From contig DYFV01000017.1 in NCBI GenBank assembly GCA_020725025.1, forward strand, positions 10,417 through 74,416: a stretch of DNA of 64,000 bases, read 5' to 3'. The position numbers and the translations under genes were made by a program. This DNA is from Azoarcus sp. Its GTDB lineage: Bacteria > Pseudomonadota > Gammaproteobacteria > Burkholderiales > Rhodocyclaceae. This document shows positions 48,023-57,507 of this stretch, piece after piece (positions within the stretch are counted from its first letter, which is position 1; every line of letters begins with the position of its first letter). The notes below the pieces were generated by a model that was not told the origin of the DNA, did not search any database, and saw nothing but the letters and a program-made list of their open reading frames with translations.

Positions 48023-48682
48023 TCACTGCCGCGAGTCGGTGCCTTTCAGCGCCTCCTCGACCAGCGCTTCGAGCGGCTCGTAGCCGAACTGCGGCAGCCC
48101 CCGGCCGTTCACGAAGAACTCCGGCGTCGCGGTAACGTTCAGCGCCCGGACGTCGGCGAGATCCTGCTCGATGATCCGTGCGATCTCGGGCGATGCCATG
48201 TCCGCCCGCACCCGCTCCAGGTCCAGCCCCAGGCCCTCGAGCTGCGGCCACACCAGATCGACCTGCGCCACGTGATTCGGCGCCCACCGGGCCTGGGAGG
48301 CGAGCACCGCCTCCAGCGTCTCCCAGAGCTTGCCCTGCTTGCGCGCCGCCTCGAGCAGCGCCACGACCGCGGCCGAACCCTCGTGGAACGGCGCCCAGCG
48401 CAGGACGAGGCGGATGTCCTGCGGATGCGCCGCCATCATCTCCTTCACGAAGGGGTAGAAGGCGGCGCAGGTCTCGCACGCCGGATCCAGGAACTCGACG
48501 ATCGTGACCCGCGCCTGCGGATCACCCAGCGCCGGAGAGTGCATGCGCACCAGGCTCTCCCGATCGCGCTCGAGCGGCTGCGCCGACTGCTGCGCCTTCT
48601 CCGACCTGTAGCCCATGGTCGCGACGACGAACACGAGCAGCATGAGCGCCGCGGCGCCGATGAAAGTGATCTTCTGGTTCAT
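48023..48682 (-). CDS. DsbA/BdbD-like thiol:disulfide oxidoreductase
   Basis: EFLDPACETC, TPEFFVNG, N-terminal anchor. Confidence 0.88.
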   Translation of the reverse strand: MNQKITFIGAAALMLLVFVVATMGYRSEKAQQSAQPLERDRESLVRMHSPALGDPQARVTIVEFLDPACETCAAFYPFVKEMMAAHPQDIRLVLRWAPFHEGSAAVVALLEAARKQGKLWETLEAVLASQARWAPNHVAQVDLVWPQLEGLGLDLERVRADMASPEIARIIEQDLADVRALNVTATPEFFVNGRGLPQFGYEPLEALVEEALKGTDSRQ

Positions 48683-49134
48683 TTGGAGCTCCGGAGATGC
48701 GCGAGGATCAGCAGGACGATGAGGGAAGAGAAAGCGGCGATCGATAGCAGCGGAATCGTGAGGAAGCCGAACCACTCGATGACCGTCTGCGAGCAAGGCA
48801 CCCCCTGGGTGCAGGGGCGGATGCTCTCGGGGATCACCCCGACGACGAGAAGCTGGTGGAACACGGCGATCGCCCAGCCCACCACGGCGAGCGGCAGCGC
48901 GTAGCGCACCACCTTGCGGTCGAACGGGAACAGCCCGGCGGGCAGGATCAGCGCGAGCGGAAACATGAAGATGCGCTGATACCAGCAAAGCGTGCAGGTC
49001 GGCAACTGCATCACTTCGCCGAAGAAGAGCGCGCCGAGTGTTGAAGCGGCGGCCACGAGCCAGGCGGCGAAGACCAGCGTCCATCCGGACGGGGCATCGG
49101 CGGGCTGGGCGGGAGGGGTTGCGGCGGGCGGCAT
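48679..49134 (-). CDS. DsbB/BdbC-like disulfide bond formation protein
   Basis: CTLCWYQRIFM, second pair PCTQGVPC, four TM helices; ATGA-type overlap. Confidence 0.9.
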   Translation of the reverse strand: MPPAATPPAQPADAPSGWTLVFAAWLVAAASTLGALFFGEVMQLPTCTLCWYQRIFMFPLALILPAGLFPFDRKVVRYALPLAVVGWAIAVFHQLLVVGVIPESIRPCTQGVPCSQTVIEWFGFLTIPLLSIAAFSSLIVLLILAHLRSSK

Positions 49135-49725
49135 CGCGCGGGTCGCTCGGGAAGAAGACGGGGCGCGATTATCCCCTCTTCCGAGCGTGTTGTGATGCGA
49201 TGCATCAAGCCGGGGCGGCGCCGACGCGTTCCGGGATCTCGTCGCGGCCGCAGGCCGGTGTCTCGCACTGGGCGCCATTTCGGGCCACCGGCTTCACGGT
49301 CTCGCCCCGGTTGCGGACCGCGGCGCTCTGCTCTTTGCGCCGTGCGAACTTTCGAGCCCGAGCGCCACGCCGCGTCTGCAGTACGGATCGCACCGGCGGT
49401 CGAGCACCATTACGCGGATGAACGCCTCGACGCTGCGCGGCGCGGCCGACTCCCGTTGCAGAGGCAAGCCGCAATCCGGATGGTCGTACGTCAGCTCCAG
49501 CCGCCGCCGGATCGCCCGAGCACGCTACGGGCAGGCGTCACCCTCGTGGCCCCGTAGCAGCTCGAGCCCGACCTCGATCCGCCGGCGCACCTCCCGAACC
49601 GCGTCGATACCGCTTCCGACATTGCCCCCGCGCCGTAACCGTCCCTCGCAATTACGACGGACGTGCAACACGGCACGGTGACAGCTTTGGGTCGAACTGC
49701 GGGGATCGGGAAGCGGAGTCTACGA

Positions 49726-50484
49726 TCAGTTGACCGCCTGCTTGCGCCGGCGGAGCGCAGCCATACCCATCATACCCAGCCCGAGCAGCGTCATCGTTCC
49801 CGGCTCTGGAACGGCATTCAACGGCGTGTTCGCGGCGTAAGCGATGATGTTGATCAACAGCTGATGCGCATCCGGTTGCGGACTGTGGAAATTGTCGGTG
49901 GTCATGCCGCCGAACAAGCCAATCCCGTCGCCGATGAGCATTTCCGACAATACGCTGTCGCCATTCTCGTCAGCGATGAGAGAAGTGAGCCCCGCACCCG
50001 AGACACTGGCATGACTGAACCAAGTACCGGTATAGGAAGCGGTGATCCCATTGAAGATCGGGTGCAACGGATCGACCGCCGTCGCGGACCCCGAGAAATC
50101 CGGGTAGCTCAGGGTCACGCCGAACCCAAAGCTCATGCCATCGCCTTCATTGGGCGCTGCATTGACGAACAACCGACCACCGGCATCGACCCAATTGGAA
50201 ATGGCAGGGGCGTTGGCAGACAGGAAGCTCTCCAACTCGTTTGCGTTGGAATCGCCGCCTTCCATGAAGATGAAGCTGTTCGCAGCGGAGAACAGCGTCA
50301 CGGTATTGACCGTCTCGTACCGGGCATCGACCCAGTTTCCCGCGCCGAAGACGCTGGTCATCGCCGCCTCGTTCGTACTCACGCCCCACGGAGCCCCGGT
50401 TGTAGAGCGGAGGTAGAATGGCGCCGCGTTCGCAGCACCCGCAAAACCAACGGCCAGAAGTGTAGCCAGCAAGGCCTTTTTCAT
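49726..50484 (-). CDS. PEP-CTERM sorting domain protein
   Basis: MKK signal peptide; Asn/Ser/Gly-rich body; VPEPGT + TM helix + RRRK. Confidence 0.92.
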   Translation of the reverse strand: MKKALLATLLAVGFAGAANAAPFYLRSTTGAPWGVSTNEAAMTSVFGAGNWVDARYETVNTVTLFSAANSFIFMEGGDSNANELESFLSANAPAISNWVDAGGRLFVNAAPNEGDGMSFGFGVTLSYPDFSGSATAVDPLHPIFNGITASYTGTWFSHASVSGAGLTSLIADENGDSVLSEMLIGDGIGLFGGMTTDNFHSPQPDAHQLLINIIAYAANTPLNAVPEPGTMTLLGLGMMGMAALRRRKQAVN

Positions 50485-50602
50485 GATTGGGTCCTTTTTG
50501 CCAGGAAATATGCCAGTAGATCGGCTGCGACACACGTTGCCGTACCGCATGAGCCACCTGCATGCATGACGTACGGGAAAACGCGTACCGGCCGCACTAT
50601 AG

Positions 50603-50617
50603 GCAACTTTCATGCCA
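50603..50617 (-). promoter_or_regulatory. Sigma54 promoter of PEP-CTERM gene
   Basis: TGGCATGAAAGTTGC on the minus strand. Confidence 0.75.
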
Positions 50618-50681
50618 TTCAAGCAAAACCGGCGCCAATTCAATGTGCGTATGAGAACCGACTTCTCAGGAGACGAGTGAG

Positions 50682-50866
50682 CGTAAAGCCTTCCGACAGA
50701 TCCGCCGGTCGGCCCCATCATTGCGCAGTACTCGGCCCGTCGATCGGCTGTAGACGTAGGCAACCCGGACACCTGTAGGCGCGAGCACAGGCTCACCTTC
50801 CCGGGGAACTCGAGTTCGCGCGGCAACGCGTCGATTTCGACGTTTGCGGTGTAAATTCCGTCGACA
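50682..50866. promoter_or_regulatory. Two related enhancer-like boxes (candidate PrsR sites)
   Basis: CGTAAA-N5-CCGACA (50682-50698) and TGTAAA-N5-TCGACA (50850-50866). Confidence 0.55.
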
Positions 50867-50968
50867 TCTCCGGTTGCGATCGGGGTCTCGTGGGCCTCGG
50901 AAAGACGCCGACGGGGGAAAGCGGCGAGCTTGCGCTGAACGTCGCTGCCCGCCCCCGATAAACCCCGG

Positions 50969-51499
50969 TCACTGCCCGTAGCGCGGATCCGCCGCGCGCC
51001 GCTCGACGACGTCCCGCACCATGAAGCGCATGCCCCGCTCCCAGGACTGGTCGGTGTTCGAACGGATGTCGACGGACTTCGTGAGCACGACCCGGTCGGC
51101 TTCGACGTCGCGGATCTCGATATTGATGTTCAGTATCAGATTGCTCACCTTCTGCACCCAGCCGGCGGCCACCAGCCGCGCCCCGGCGGCCCTGCCGATC
51201 TCGACCTGACAGTAGCCGCAGCGATGCACGTTCTGCATCCGGCCGCGGTAGTCGTCGTGCAGCGGCCGGGCGGCGCCGAGTTCGACCACCCGGTAAACGC
51301 CGGCCGAGGCGACACCTTCGGCGAACAGGTCGCGGATCCGCGCAAGCCGGCGCTGTTGGTCGACCGCCCGGTCCGGGTCCGGGTGCTCTTCGAGAAGGTC
51401 GAACTCGAGCACGACCAGCGTGGGCGGCCCGGCCCAAGCCGGCAAGACCGGAGCAAAGGTTATCAGCAGGCCCGCGAGGCCCGTCCGGATACTGTGCAT
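50969..51499 (-). CDS. DUF3280/DUF2380-like exported protein
   Basis: CGYC, GWVQKVSNLILNIN, SVDIRSNTDQSW. Confidence 0.75.
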   Translation of the reverse strand: MHSIRTGLAGLLITFAPVLPAWAGPPTLVVLEFDLLEEHPDPDRAVDQQRRLARIRDLFAEGVASAGVYRVVELGAARPLHDDYRGRMQNVHRCGYCQVEIGRAAGARLVAAGWVQKVSNLILNINIEIRDVEADRVVLTKSVDIRSNTDQSWERGMRFMVRDVVERRAADPRYGQ

Positions 51500-51635
51500 C
51501 ACGCGCGCAATCATCGACACCTCCGTCCCGTGAGTTCCATCCCGTACGACGCGCAGCCGCGGGCGTCCTTCCAGCCCTTCGCGGGCGCATCATCCATGCG
51601 GGCGCGCCCTTCTTGCCCGCGCCCCCGGCCAGGAG

Positions 51636-52469
51636 TCACTGCTGCCCCGCCTGGGCCGACAACCAGCCGGTGGGCGAGGCCCCCTCGCCCTGGGCGAAGG
51701 CCCGGGCCAGCGCACTGGCGCTGCCGTAGCCCACGTCCAGGGCCACCTGCTTGACCGGGCGGCCGCGCCTCAACAACGCCTTGGCCAGCCCGATACGCCA
51801 GCGCATCAGGTACTCCCCGGGCGCGATGCCGACGACGCTCGAGAAATGCGCCGCGAAGCGCGACCGGGACATGCCCGCCGCCGCCGCCAGGGTCTCCAGC
51901 GTCCATGCCCGCGACGGGTCCGCGTGCATGGCGGTGATCGCCTTGGCGAGGCGCGGATCGGACAGGCCGGCGAGCGAACCGCCGTCCACCAGGCGCTGCC
52001 GCATCGCATAGCGTAGCAGCTGGATCATGAGGATCTCGGTCAGGCGGCTCACCACCGCGTCGTGCCCGCAGCGACGCGCCGCCGCCTCGTCGAACAGCAG
52101 CTGCTGCACCGTGTCCAGAGCGGGCACGCAGGTAAGGGGCGTGACCAGGAGATCCGGCAAGCCCCGCAGGATGGGGTTTTCGTCCGCCCCGCCGAACTCG
52201 ATCGCGGCCGAAACGAGGTCGACCGCCTCCGGCACGTCGGCTTCGAGACGGTAGATCACCGGCCGCGGGAAGAACACGGCGCTCGGCTGGACAACCGTCT
52301 CCCGGCCGTTCGCGCCATAGGCCACCGTCACCGGCCCCCGGTAGACGAGATGCAGGTGACCCACGCCGCCGCGCATGGCGTCGCCCGCCACGCCGTGCAG
52401 GCTGCCCCGGTGGAACACCCGGGCACGCAGTTCGAAGCGGTTGAGCAGGCCGGAGAGTCGGTCGGTCAT
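51636..52469 (-). CDS. AraC family regulator (cupin + HTH)
   Basis: WTLETLAAAAGMSRSRF, VGYGSASALARAF. Confidence 0.92.
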   Translation of the reverse strand: MTDRLSGLLNRFELRARVFHRGSLHGVAGDAMRGGVGHLHLVYRGPVTVAYGANGRETVVQPSAVFFPRPVIYRLEADVPEAVDLVSAAIEFGGADENPILRGLPDLLVTPLTCVPALDTVQQLLFDEAAARRCGHDAVVSRLTEILMIQLLRYAMRQRLVDGGSLAGLSDPRLAKAITAMHADPSRAWTLETLAAAAGMSRSRFAAHFSSVVGIAPGEYLMRWRIGLAKALLRRGRPVKQVALDVGYGSASALARAFAQGEGASPTGWLSAQAGQQ

Positions 52470-52588
52470 GGGACGATCAGTAAAGCGATTGAGATTCGGC
52501 GTTGCCTATCGTCTCACACGATCGGCTACAGTGGGGCACGTCCCACGGCGGACCCCGAGAAAAAATTCCAGCCCCAGGAGATTCCAGA

Positions 52589-53284
52589 ATGATCCGGTTC
52601 TACTACCACCCCTCGCCGAATCCCGCCAAGATCGCGCTCTTCCTCGAGGAGGCCGGCCTGCCCTACGAGCTGATGCCGGTGGATACCCGCAAGGGCGAAC
52701 AGCATACGGCAGCCTTCAAGGCGATCAACCCGAACGCCAAGACCCCGGCGATCGTGGACGGCGAAGTGGCGATCTTCGACAGCAACGCCATCCTGCTCTA
52801 CCTCGCCGAGAAGACCGGCCGCTTCCTGCCCGGGAACACTCCCGAGGCGCGCGCGGAGCTTTTCGCGTGGCTGATGTTCGTCGCCAGCGGCATCGGCCCC
52901 TACTGCGGCCAGGCGGTGCACTTCAAGCACTACGCGCCCGAGCAGGTGGCCTACGCCATCAATCGCTACGACTTCGAGGCCTGGCGCCACTGGAACATCG
53001 TGAACGAGCGCCTCGCCACCCGGCACTACATGCTCGGCGACGCGTACACCGTGGTGGACATGGCAGTCTGGGGCTGGGCCCGAGTCGTGCCGTTCGTGCT
53101 CGGCGCCGAAGCCTGGGACAAGCTGCCCCACGTGAAGCGCCTCCTCGACGAGATCAACGGACGGCCGGCCGCCCAGCGCGCCGAGGCCCTGAAGACGCGC
53201 CACGCCTTCAAGACCGAGGTGGACGAGGAGACCCGCCGCGCCCTCTTCCCCCAGAACGCCCGCCTTGCGACCTCGGGAGCCTGA
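52589..53284 (+). CDS. Glutathione S-transferase (YfcG/YghU-like)
   Basis: SPNPAK, INPNAKTPAI, DSNAILLYLA; RBS AGGAG. Confidence 0.9.
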   Translation: MIRFYYHPSPNPAKIALFLEEAGLPYELMPVDTRKGEQHTAAFKAINPNAKTPAIVDGEVAIFDSNAILLYLAEKTGRFLPGNTPEARAELFAWLMFVASGIGPYCGQAVHFKHYAPEQVAYAINRYDFEAWRHWNIVNERLATRHYMLGDAYTVVDMAVWGWARVVPFVLGAEAWDKLPHVKRLLDEINGRPAAQRAEALKTRHAFKTEVDEETRRALFPQNARLATSGA

Positions 53285-53285
53285 C

Positions 53286-53984
53286 GTGTACGACCTCTAC
53301 TACTGGACTACCCCCAACGGCCACAAGCTCACCCTCTTCTTCGAGGAGACGGGCCTGCCCTACCGGGTCGTGCCGGTGAACATCGGCCGTGGCGAGCAGT
53401 TCGCGCCCGATTTCCTGCGCATCTCGCCGAACAACCGCATTCCGGCGCTGGTGGACCACCAACCTGCCGACGGCGGCGAGCCCCTGGCAGTGTTCGAGTC
53501 CGGCGCCATCCTGCTCTACCTGGCGGACAAGACCGGGCGCTTCATTCCCCAGGACCTGCGCGGGCGCAACGTCGCGCTGCAATGGCTGTTCTGGCAGATG
53601 GCCGGCCTCGGCCCCATGGCGGGGCAGAACCACCACTTCGTGCAGTACGCGCCGGAGCCCCTGCCGTACGCCGTGGATCGCTACGTCAAGGAGACCTCGC
53701 GGCTCTATCGGGTGCTCGACAAGCACCTGTCGGATGGGCGCGGCTTCATCGCCGGCGAATACTCGATCGCCGACATGGCCTGCTACCCCTGGGTCGTGCC
53801 CCATGAACGCCAGTTGCAGCGCCTGGAGGATTTCCCGCACCTCGCAGCCTGGTTCGAGCGGATCCGCGCGCGCCCGGCAACGGTCCGGGCCTATGCGCGG
53901 GCCCGCGAGATCAACACGGCTCCGGTGGTGGACGAGCAGTCGCGCCGCCTGCTGTTCGGTCAGGACGCCGCCACGGTGCGCTGA
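53286..53984 (+). CDS. Glutathione S-transferase (YfcG-like)
   Basis: TPNGHK, SPNNRIPAL, ESGAILLYLA; GTG start. Confidence 0.9.
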   Translation: MYDLYYWTTPNGHKLTLFFEETGLPYRVVPVNIGRGEQFAPDFLRISPNNRIPALVDHQPADGGEPLAVFESGAILLYLADKTGRFIPQDLRGRNVALQWLFWQMAGLGPMAGQNHHFVQYAPEPLPYAVDRYVKETSRLYRVLDKHLSDGRGFIAGEYSIADMACYPWVVPHERQLQRLEDFPHLAAWFERIRARPATVRAYARAREINTAPVVDEQSRRLLFGQDAATVR

Positions 53985-54018
53985 GCGGCGCCCTGCCGCT
54001 CGTCCGGCCGGGTCCCGC

Positions 54019-54993
54019 TCAGGACGCCGCCGAGTTGCCCTCGGCGGCCGCCAGGCTCCGATTGAAGGACGGCAGGCGCGCGAGCGCGGCGATCGCCAAT
54101 AGCGCGAAGGCGAGGCGAGCCCAAAGGATCCCGGACAGGTCGGCGCCCAGGAGCGCGATCAGCAGGGTGTCCTCGATCAGGCTGTGGCACAGGCCGAGCA
54201 ACCCCAGGGTCAGGAAGACGTCGCGGCGGGAGAGCAGCCCCGAGCGGGCCTCGCGGATCAGGAGGCTGCCGCCCAAGCCGATGCCCAGCGTCATCCCGAT
54301 CACGGTGATGTTGGCCGCGTCGCGGCCGACGCCGATCAGCTTGAGCAGGGGCGAGAGCAGCGCGTGCATCCAGCGCTCGATGCCGAGCAGGCGCAGCAGG
54401 CGCAAGCCCCCCATGAGGGCGGCGATGATGACGAACACCCAGCCGAGAAGCTCCAGCTGGCCCAGCGCCCAGGCGGCGAGACCGGGATCCGGGGCCTCCG
54501 GCTGCCACAGCAGGCGGGCGGGCGCCTGCAGCGTGCCCGTCGCCGAGTAGAACAGGTTCAGCAGCGCCCCGAGCACGAGCGCGCCGCCGAGCCGTATGAC
54601 GAGCGTCGCCCGCCAGCTCACCCCCGCGGCCCGGGCGATCGCTCCCTCCACCGGCAGGGAGTGGGCGACGAGGATCATCGTACCCAGGACGGTGACCTGG
54701 GCCACCGTGAACGACTCGTGCGCGGCCATCTCCACGAACACCGCCATGGCGGTGTAGATATTGACGAGCATCGCAGCCGCCCACACCAGGCTCAGGGCGT
54801 CCGGCAGGCCGACGAGCTGCATCACCGGCGACATGGTCCATGCGAGCCAGGCCGTGCCCCCGGCCATGTCGAGCGCCTTCACCACCACCAGGGCGGGCAC
54901 CATCACCTTCAGCAGGCCCAGGTAAACGGCGAGGACCTCGCCGCCGAACGCCCTCGCCTTCCGCCCTGCCTCCCGAAACCGCCCGACCGCCAT
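54019..54993 (-). CDS. Gate/nucleoside-recognition-domain membrane protein
   Basis: Polytopic; AHSLPVE and CHSLIEDT repeats. Confidence 0.75.
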   Translation of the reverse strand: MAVGRFREAGRKARAFGGEVLAVYLGLLKVMVPALVVVKALDMAGGTAWLAWTMSPVMQLVGLPDALSLVWAAAMLVNIYTAMAVFVEMAAHESFTVAQVTVLGTMILVAHSLPVEGAIARAAGVSWRATLVIRLGGALVLGALLNLFYSATGTLQAPARLLWQPEAPDPGLAAWALGQLELLGWVFVIIAALMGGLRLLRLLGIERWMHALLSPLLKLIGVGRDAANITVIGMTLGIGLGGSLLIREARSGLLSRRDVFLTLGLLGLCHSLIEDTLLIALLGADLSGILWARLAFALLAIAALARLPSFNRSLAAAEGNSAAS

Positions 54994-55121
54994 GTCACGC
55001 CCCAAGCCCTGTGGATGGAGAGATTGTAGGGACAGGCCGAATAATAATTTCCACACTTCGCCGCTCGGCTTTTCTATAAATTCCGTATTTCGTCGCCAAT
55101 AGAAATATTGTTAGGCCGCCT

Positions 55122-55589
55122 ATGCTCCTGGACCGTCTCGACCGCCGCATCCTCGCCGTGCTGCAGCTGGACTGCAGCCTCACCAACCTCGCGCTCGCCG
55201 AGCGGGTCGGCCTGTCGCCGCCCGCCTGCCTGAAACGGGTGAGGCGGCTCGTGGAACAGGGCTACATCGCGCGCCAGGTGGCGATCCTCGCGCCGGAGAA
55301 GCTCGGCCAACTGCTGCACATCGTGGTCGAGGTGCAGATGGAGCGGGACAACAAGGATCTCCACCAGCGCTTCGTGAAACGCGCGCTGGCGGCGAGAGAG
55401 GTGAAACAGTGCTACCAGGTGACGGGGGAAGTGGATTTCGTGCTGATCGTGGTGGTGCCGGACATGGACGCCTACGACCGCTTCTGCGACAAGGTCCTCT
55501 ACGCCGACTCGAACATGCGCAAGTTCCGGACCATGGTGTCGAGGTTCCGGAACAAGTTCGACACCGCGCTGGACGTGGAATCCCAGTAG
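55122..55589 (+). CDS. Lrp/AsnC family regulator
   Basis: LDRRILAVLQ...LAERVGLSPPACLKRV, CYQVTGEVD. Confidence 0.93.
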   Translation: MLLDRLDRRILAVLQLDCSLTNLALAERVGLSPPACLKRVRRLVEQGYIARQVAILAPEKLGQLLHIVVEVQMERDNKDLHQRFVKRALAAREVKQCYQVTGEVDFVLIVVVPDMDAYDRFCDKVLYADSNMRKFRTMVSRFRNKFDTALDVESQ

Positions 55590-55612
55590 GTTGGGCTGAC
55601 GCAGGAAGCCCA
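55583..55612 (+). repeat. GTAG-family REP element, left copy
   Basis: CCAGTAGGTTGGGCTGACGCAGGAAGCCCA; supplies the TAG stop of the Lrp gene. Confidence 0.8.
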
Positions 55613-55630
55613 TGCTCCCGGCCTGCAGGT

Positions 55631-56023
55631 TCAGCCGCCGACGCGCGGACGGGAATGTTCCCGGACCCAGGCAGCGAAGGCCGCCTCTTCGATTTCACCG
55701 GCGGCAAGCGCGAGCATGGTCAGCGTTGCATCCGCTTGGGTCGTCTGGAGACGGAAGCCGTTCGCGACCAGGAAGAGACCTGCTGCGAGAAAGGCCGCGC
55801 GCTCTTTTCCATCGACGAACGGATGGTTCTTCGCCAGGCCGTGCGCGTACGCGGCGGCCAGATCCGCGAAATCCGGGTCGCCGTAAGCGAGCCGGTTGAG
55901 TGGGCGGGCCAAGGCGGAATCGAGCAGTCCTTCGTCCCGGATCCCGGGCGCACCGCCGTGCTCGGCAAGGCTTTCGTCGTGTAGCAGTAGTAGCGCCCGC
56001 TTGTCGACCCAGCGCCAGCTCAT
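55631..56023 (-). CDS. Doc/Fic family toxin with variant motif
   Basis: HGGAPGIRDEGLLDSALARP, HPFVDGKER (canonical HPFxDGNKR). Confidence 0.88.
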   Translation of the reverse strand: MSWRWVDKRALLLLHDESLAEHGGAPGIRDEGLLDSALARPLNRLAYGDPDFADLAAAYAHGLAKNHPFVDGKERAAFLAAGLFLVANGFRLQTTQADATLTMLALAAGEIEEAAFAAWVREHSRPRVGG

Positions 56024-56029
56024 GGCAGC

Positions 56030-56254
56030 CTACTTGGCCAGCGCGTGGAAGGTGTCGCGGAACTCGCGCATGAACTCGCGGCCGAGCTCGAGCTGCTCGG
56101 CCAGGCTCGGATCGTAAGGGGTCAGGGCGATCCCTTCCGGCGTCTCGGTTACGAACACGGTATCGCCCTTCTCCAGCTTGAGCCGGGCGAGCACTTCCTT
56201 CGGCAGGACGACACCGACGGAATTGCCGATCTGGGTGAGCTTGAGGGCATGCAT
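56030..56254 (-). CDS. AbrB/MazE-fold antitoxin
   Basis: LTQIGNSVGVVLPKEVL...LTPYDP; directly upstream of the toxin. Confidence 0.9.
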   Translation of the reverse strand: MHALKLTQIGNSVGVVLPKEVLARLKLEKGDTVFVTETPEGIALTPYDPSLAEQLELGREFMREFRDTFHALAK

Positions 56255-56348
56255 GGGGTCTCCGAGCGATTGTTATAACACCTGTACGAATATAGAACGG
56301 GCGCCAAGTCGCTTCAAGTGCCGCGACCGATGCGCAAACCACGCAGGT

Positions 56349-56378
56349 TGGGCTTCCTGCGTCAGCCCAACCTACTGG
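56349..56378 (-). repeat. GTAG-family REP element, right copy (inverted)
   Basis: Exact 30-bp reverse complement of 55583-55612. Confidence 0.8.
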
Positions 56379-56482
56379 ATCACTCGGCATCGACGCAACA
56401 TATCCATTTTTCATTTCCCCGTCGACCGGAAATGTCGCGCACGGTGTCGGCGTGCGGGTGCCGCGCGCCGGCGAAGATCGCG

Positions 56483-57388
56483 CTACGTCTCCCCGAACAA
56501 GCCCGCGAGCGCCCGCCTCAACCATCGATGCCCCGCGTCGTCCTGCAGCCGCTCGTGCCAGCACTGGCGGATGTCGAAGGCCGGGATTCCGATCGGCGAC
56601 GGCAGCAGGCGGATGTTGGCGCCCTGCTGCATCTGCTCGCCCACCAGGTGCGGCACCATCGCCACCAGATCGCTTTGCGCCGCGATGGCGGGCAGGACCA
56701 GGAAGTTCTGCACGCGCAGGGTGATCCGCTCGGCGAGCCCGTTCGCCACCAGGGCCGCCTCGATTGCGCCGTGGCCGGTGCCGGCCGGGGCGACGACGGC
56801 GTGGTTGAGGCGGGCGAAGGTTTCGCGGTCGAGGGTCTCGCCGATGGCCGGGTGGTCGGCGCGCACCAGGCACACGTAGTAGCCCCGGAACAGCCGCTGC
56901 TGGTAGAAGCCCGCGCCGAGGTCCGGCAGGTTGCCGACGGCAAGGTCGACGCCGCCTGTGGCGAGCGCCTCGCGGTGCTCGCGCTCGGGCATGGGCAGCG
57001 TCTCCAGATGCACGCCGGGGGCGGCCTGGGCGAGGTGGGCGAGGAGCCGCGGCAGGAAGTAGGCCTCGCCCAGGTCGGTGAGGTAGATGCGGAAGCGGCG
57101 CGTGGCGGTGGCGGGGTCGAAGCGGCCGGCCTCCGAAAGCGCGCTGCGCATGGCAGCGAGGGCCTCGTGGATGGGGGCGCGGATGTCCTCCGCGTAGGGC
57201 GTGGGCGCGACGCCGCGGGTGGTGCGGACAAAAAGCCGGTCGTGGGTGATGGCGCGCAGCCGCCCGAGGGCGTTGCTCACCGCGGGCTGGGTGAGCCCCA
57301 GCCGCTCGGCGGCGCGGGTGATGCTGCCGTCGGTGATCACCGCGTCGAAGACCCGCAGCAAGTTGAGGTCGATCTCGTCGATATTCAT
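56483..57388 (-). CDS. LysR regulator, NahR/DntR-like
   Basis: IDLNLLRVFDA, TQPAVSNALGRLR, TDLGE, GTGHG; dyad ATTCA-N5-TGAAT at 57383-57397. Confidence 0.9.
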   Translation of the reverse strand: MNIDEIDLNLLRVFDAVITDGSITRAAERLGLTQPAVSNALGRLRAITHDRLFVRTTRGVAPTPYAEDIRAPIHEALAAMRSALSEAGRFDPATATRRFRIYLTDLGEAYFLPRLLAHLAQAAPGVHLETLPMPEREHREALATGGVDLAVGNLPDLGAGFYQQRLFRGYYVCLVRADHPAIGETLDRETFARLNHAVVAPAGTGHGAIEAALVANGLAERITLRVQNFLVLPAIAAQSDLVAMVPHLVGEQMQQGANIRLLPSPIGIPAFDIRQCWHERLQDDAGHRWLRRALAGLFGET

Positions 57389-57507
57389 GGTGTGAATCTA
57401 GATCATTTTTCACCTCATCTGTCTGAATAAGTGAGGCGGGACTAGTCTTCTCCTGCGGGAGCCCGGCGCAAACCGGGCGCCGCCGACGACAAGGAGGAGA
57501 CAGAGAG

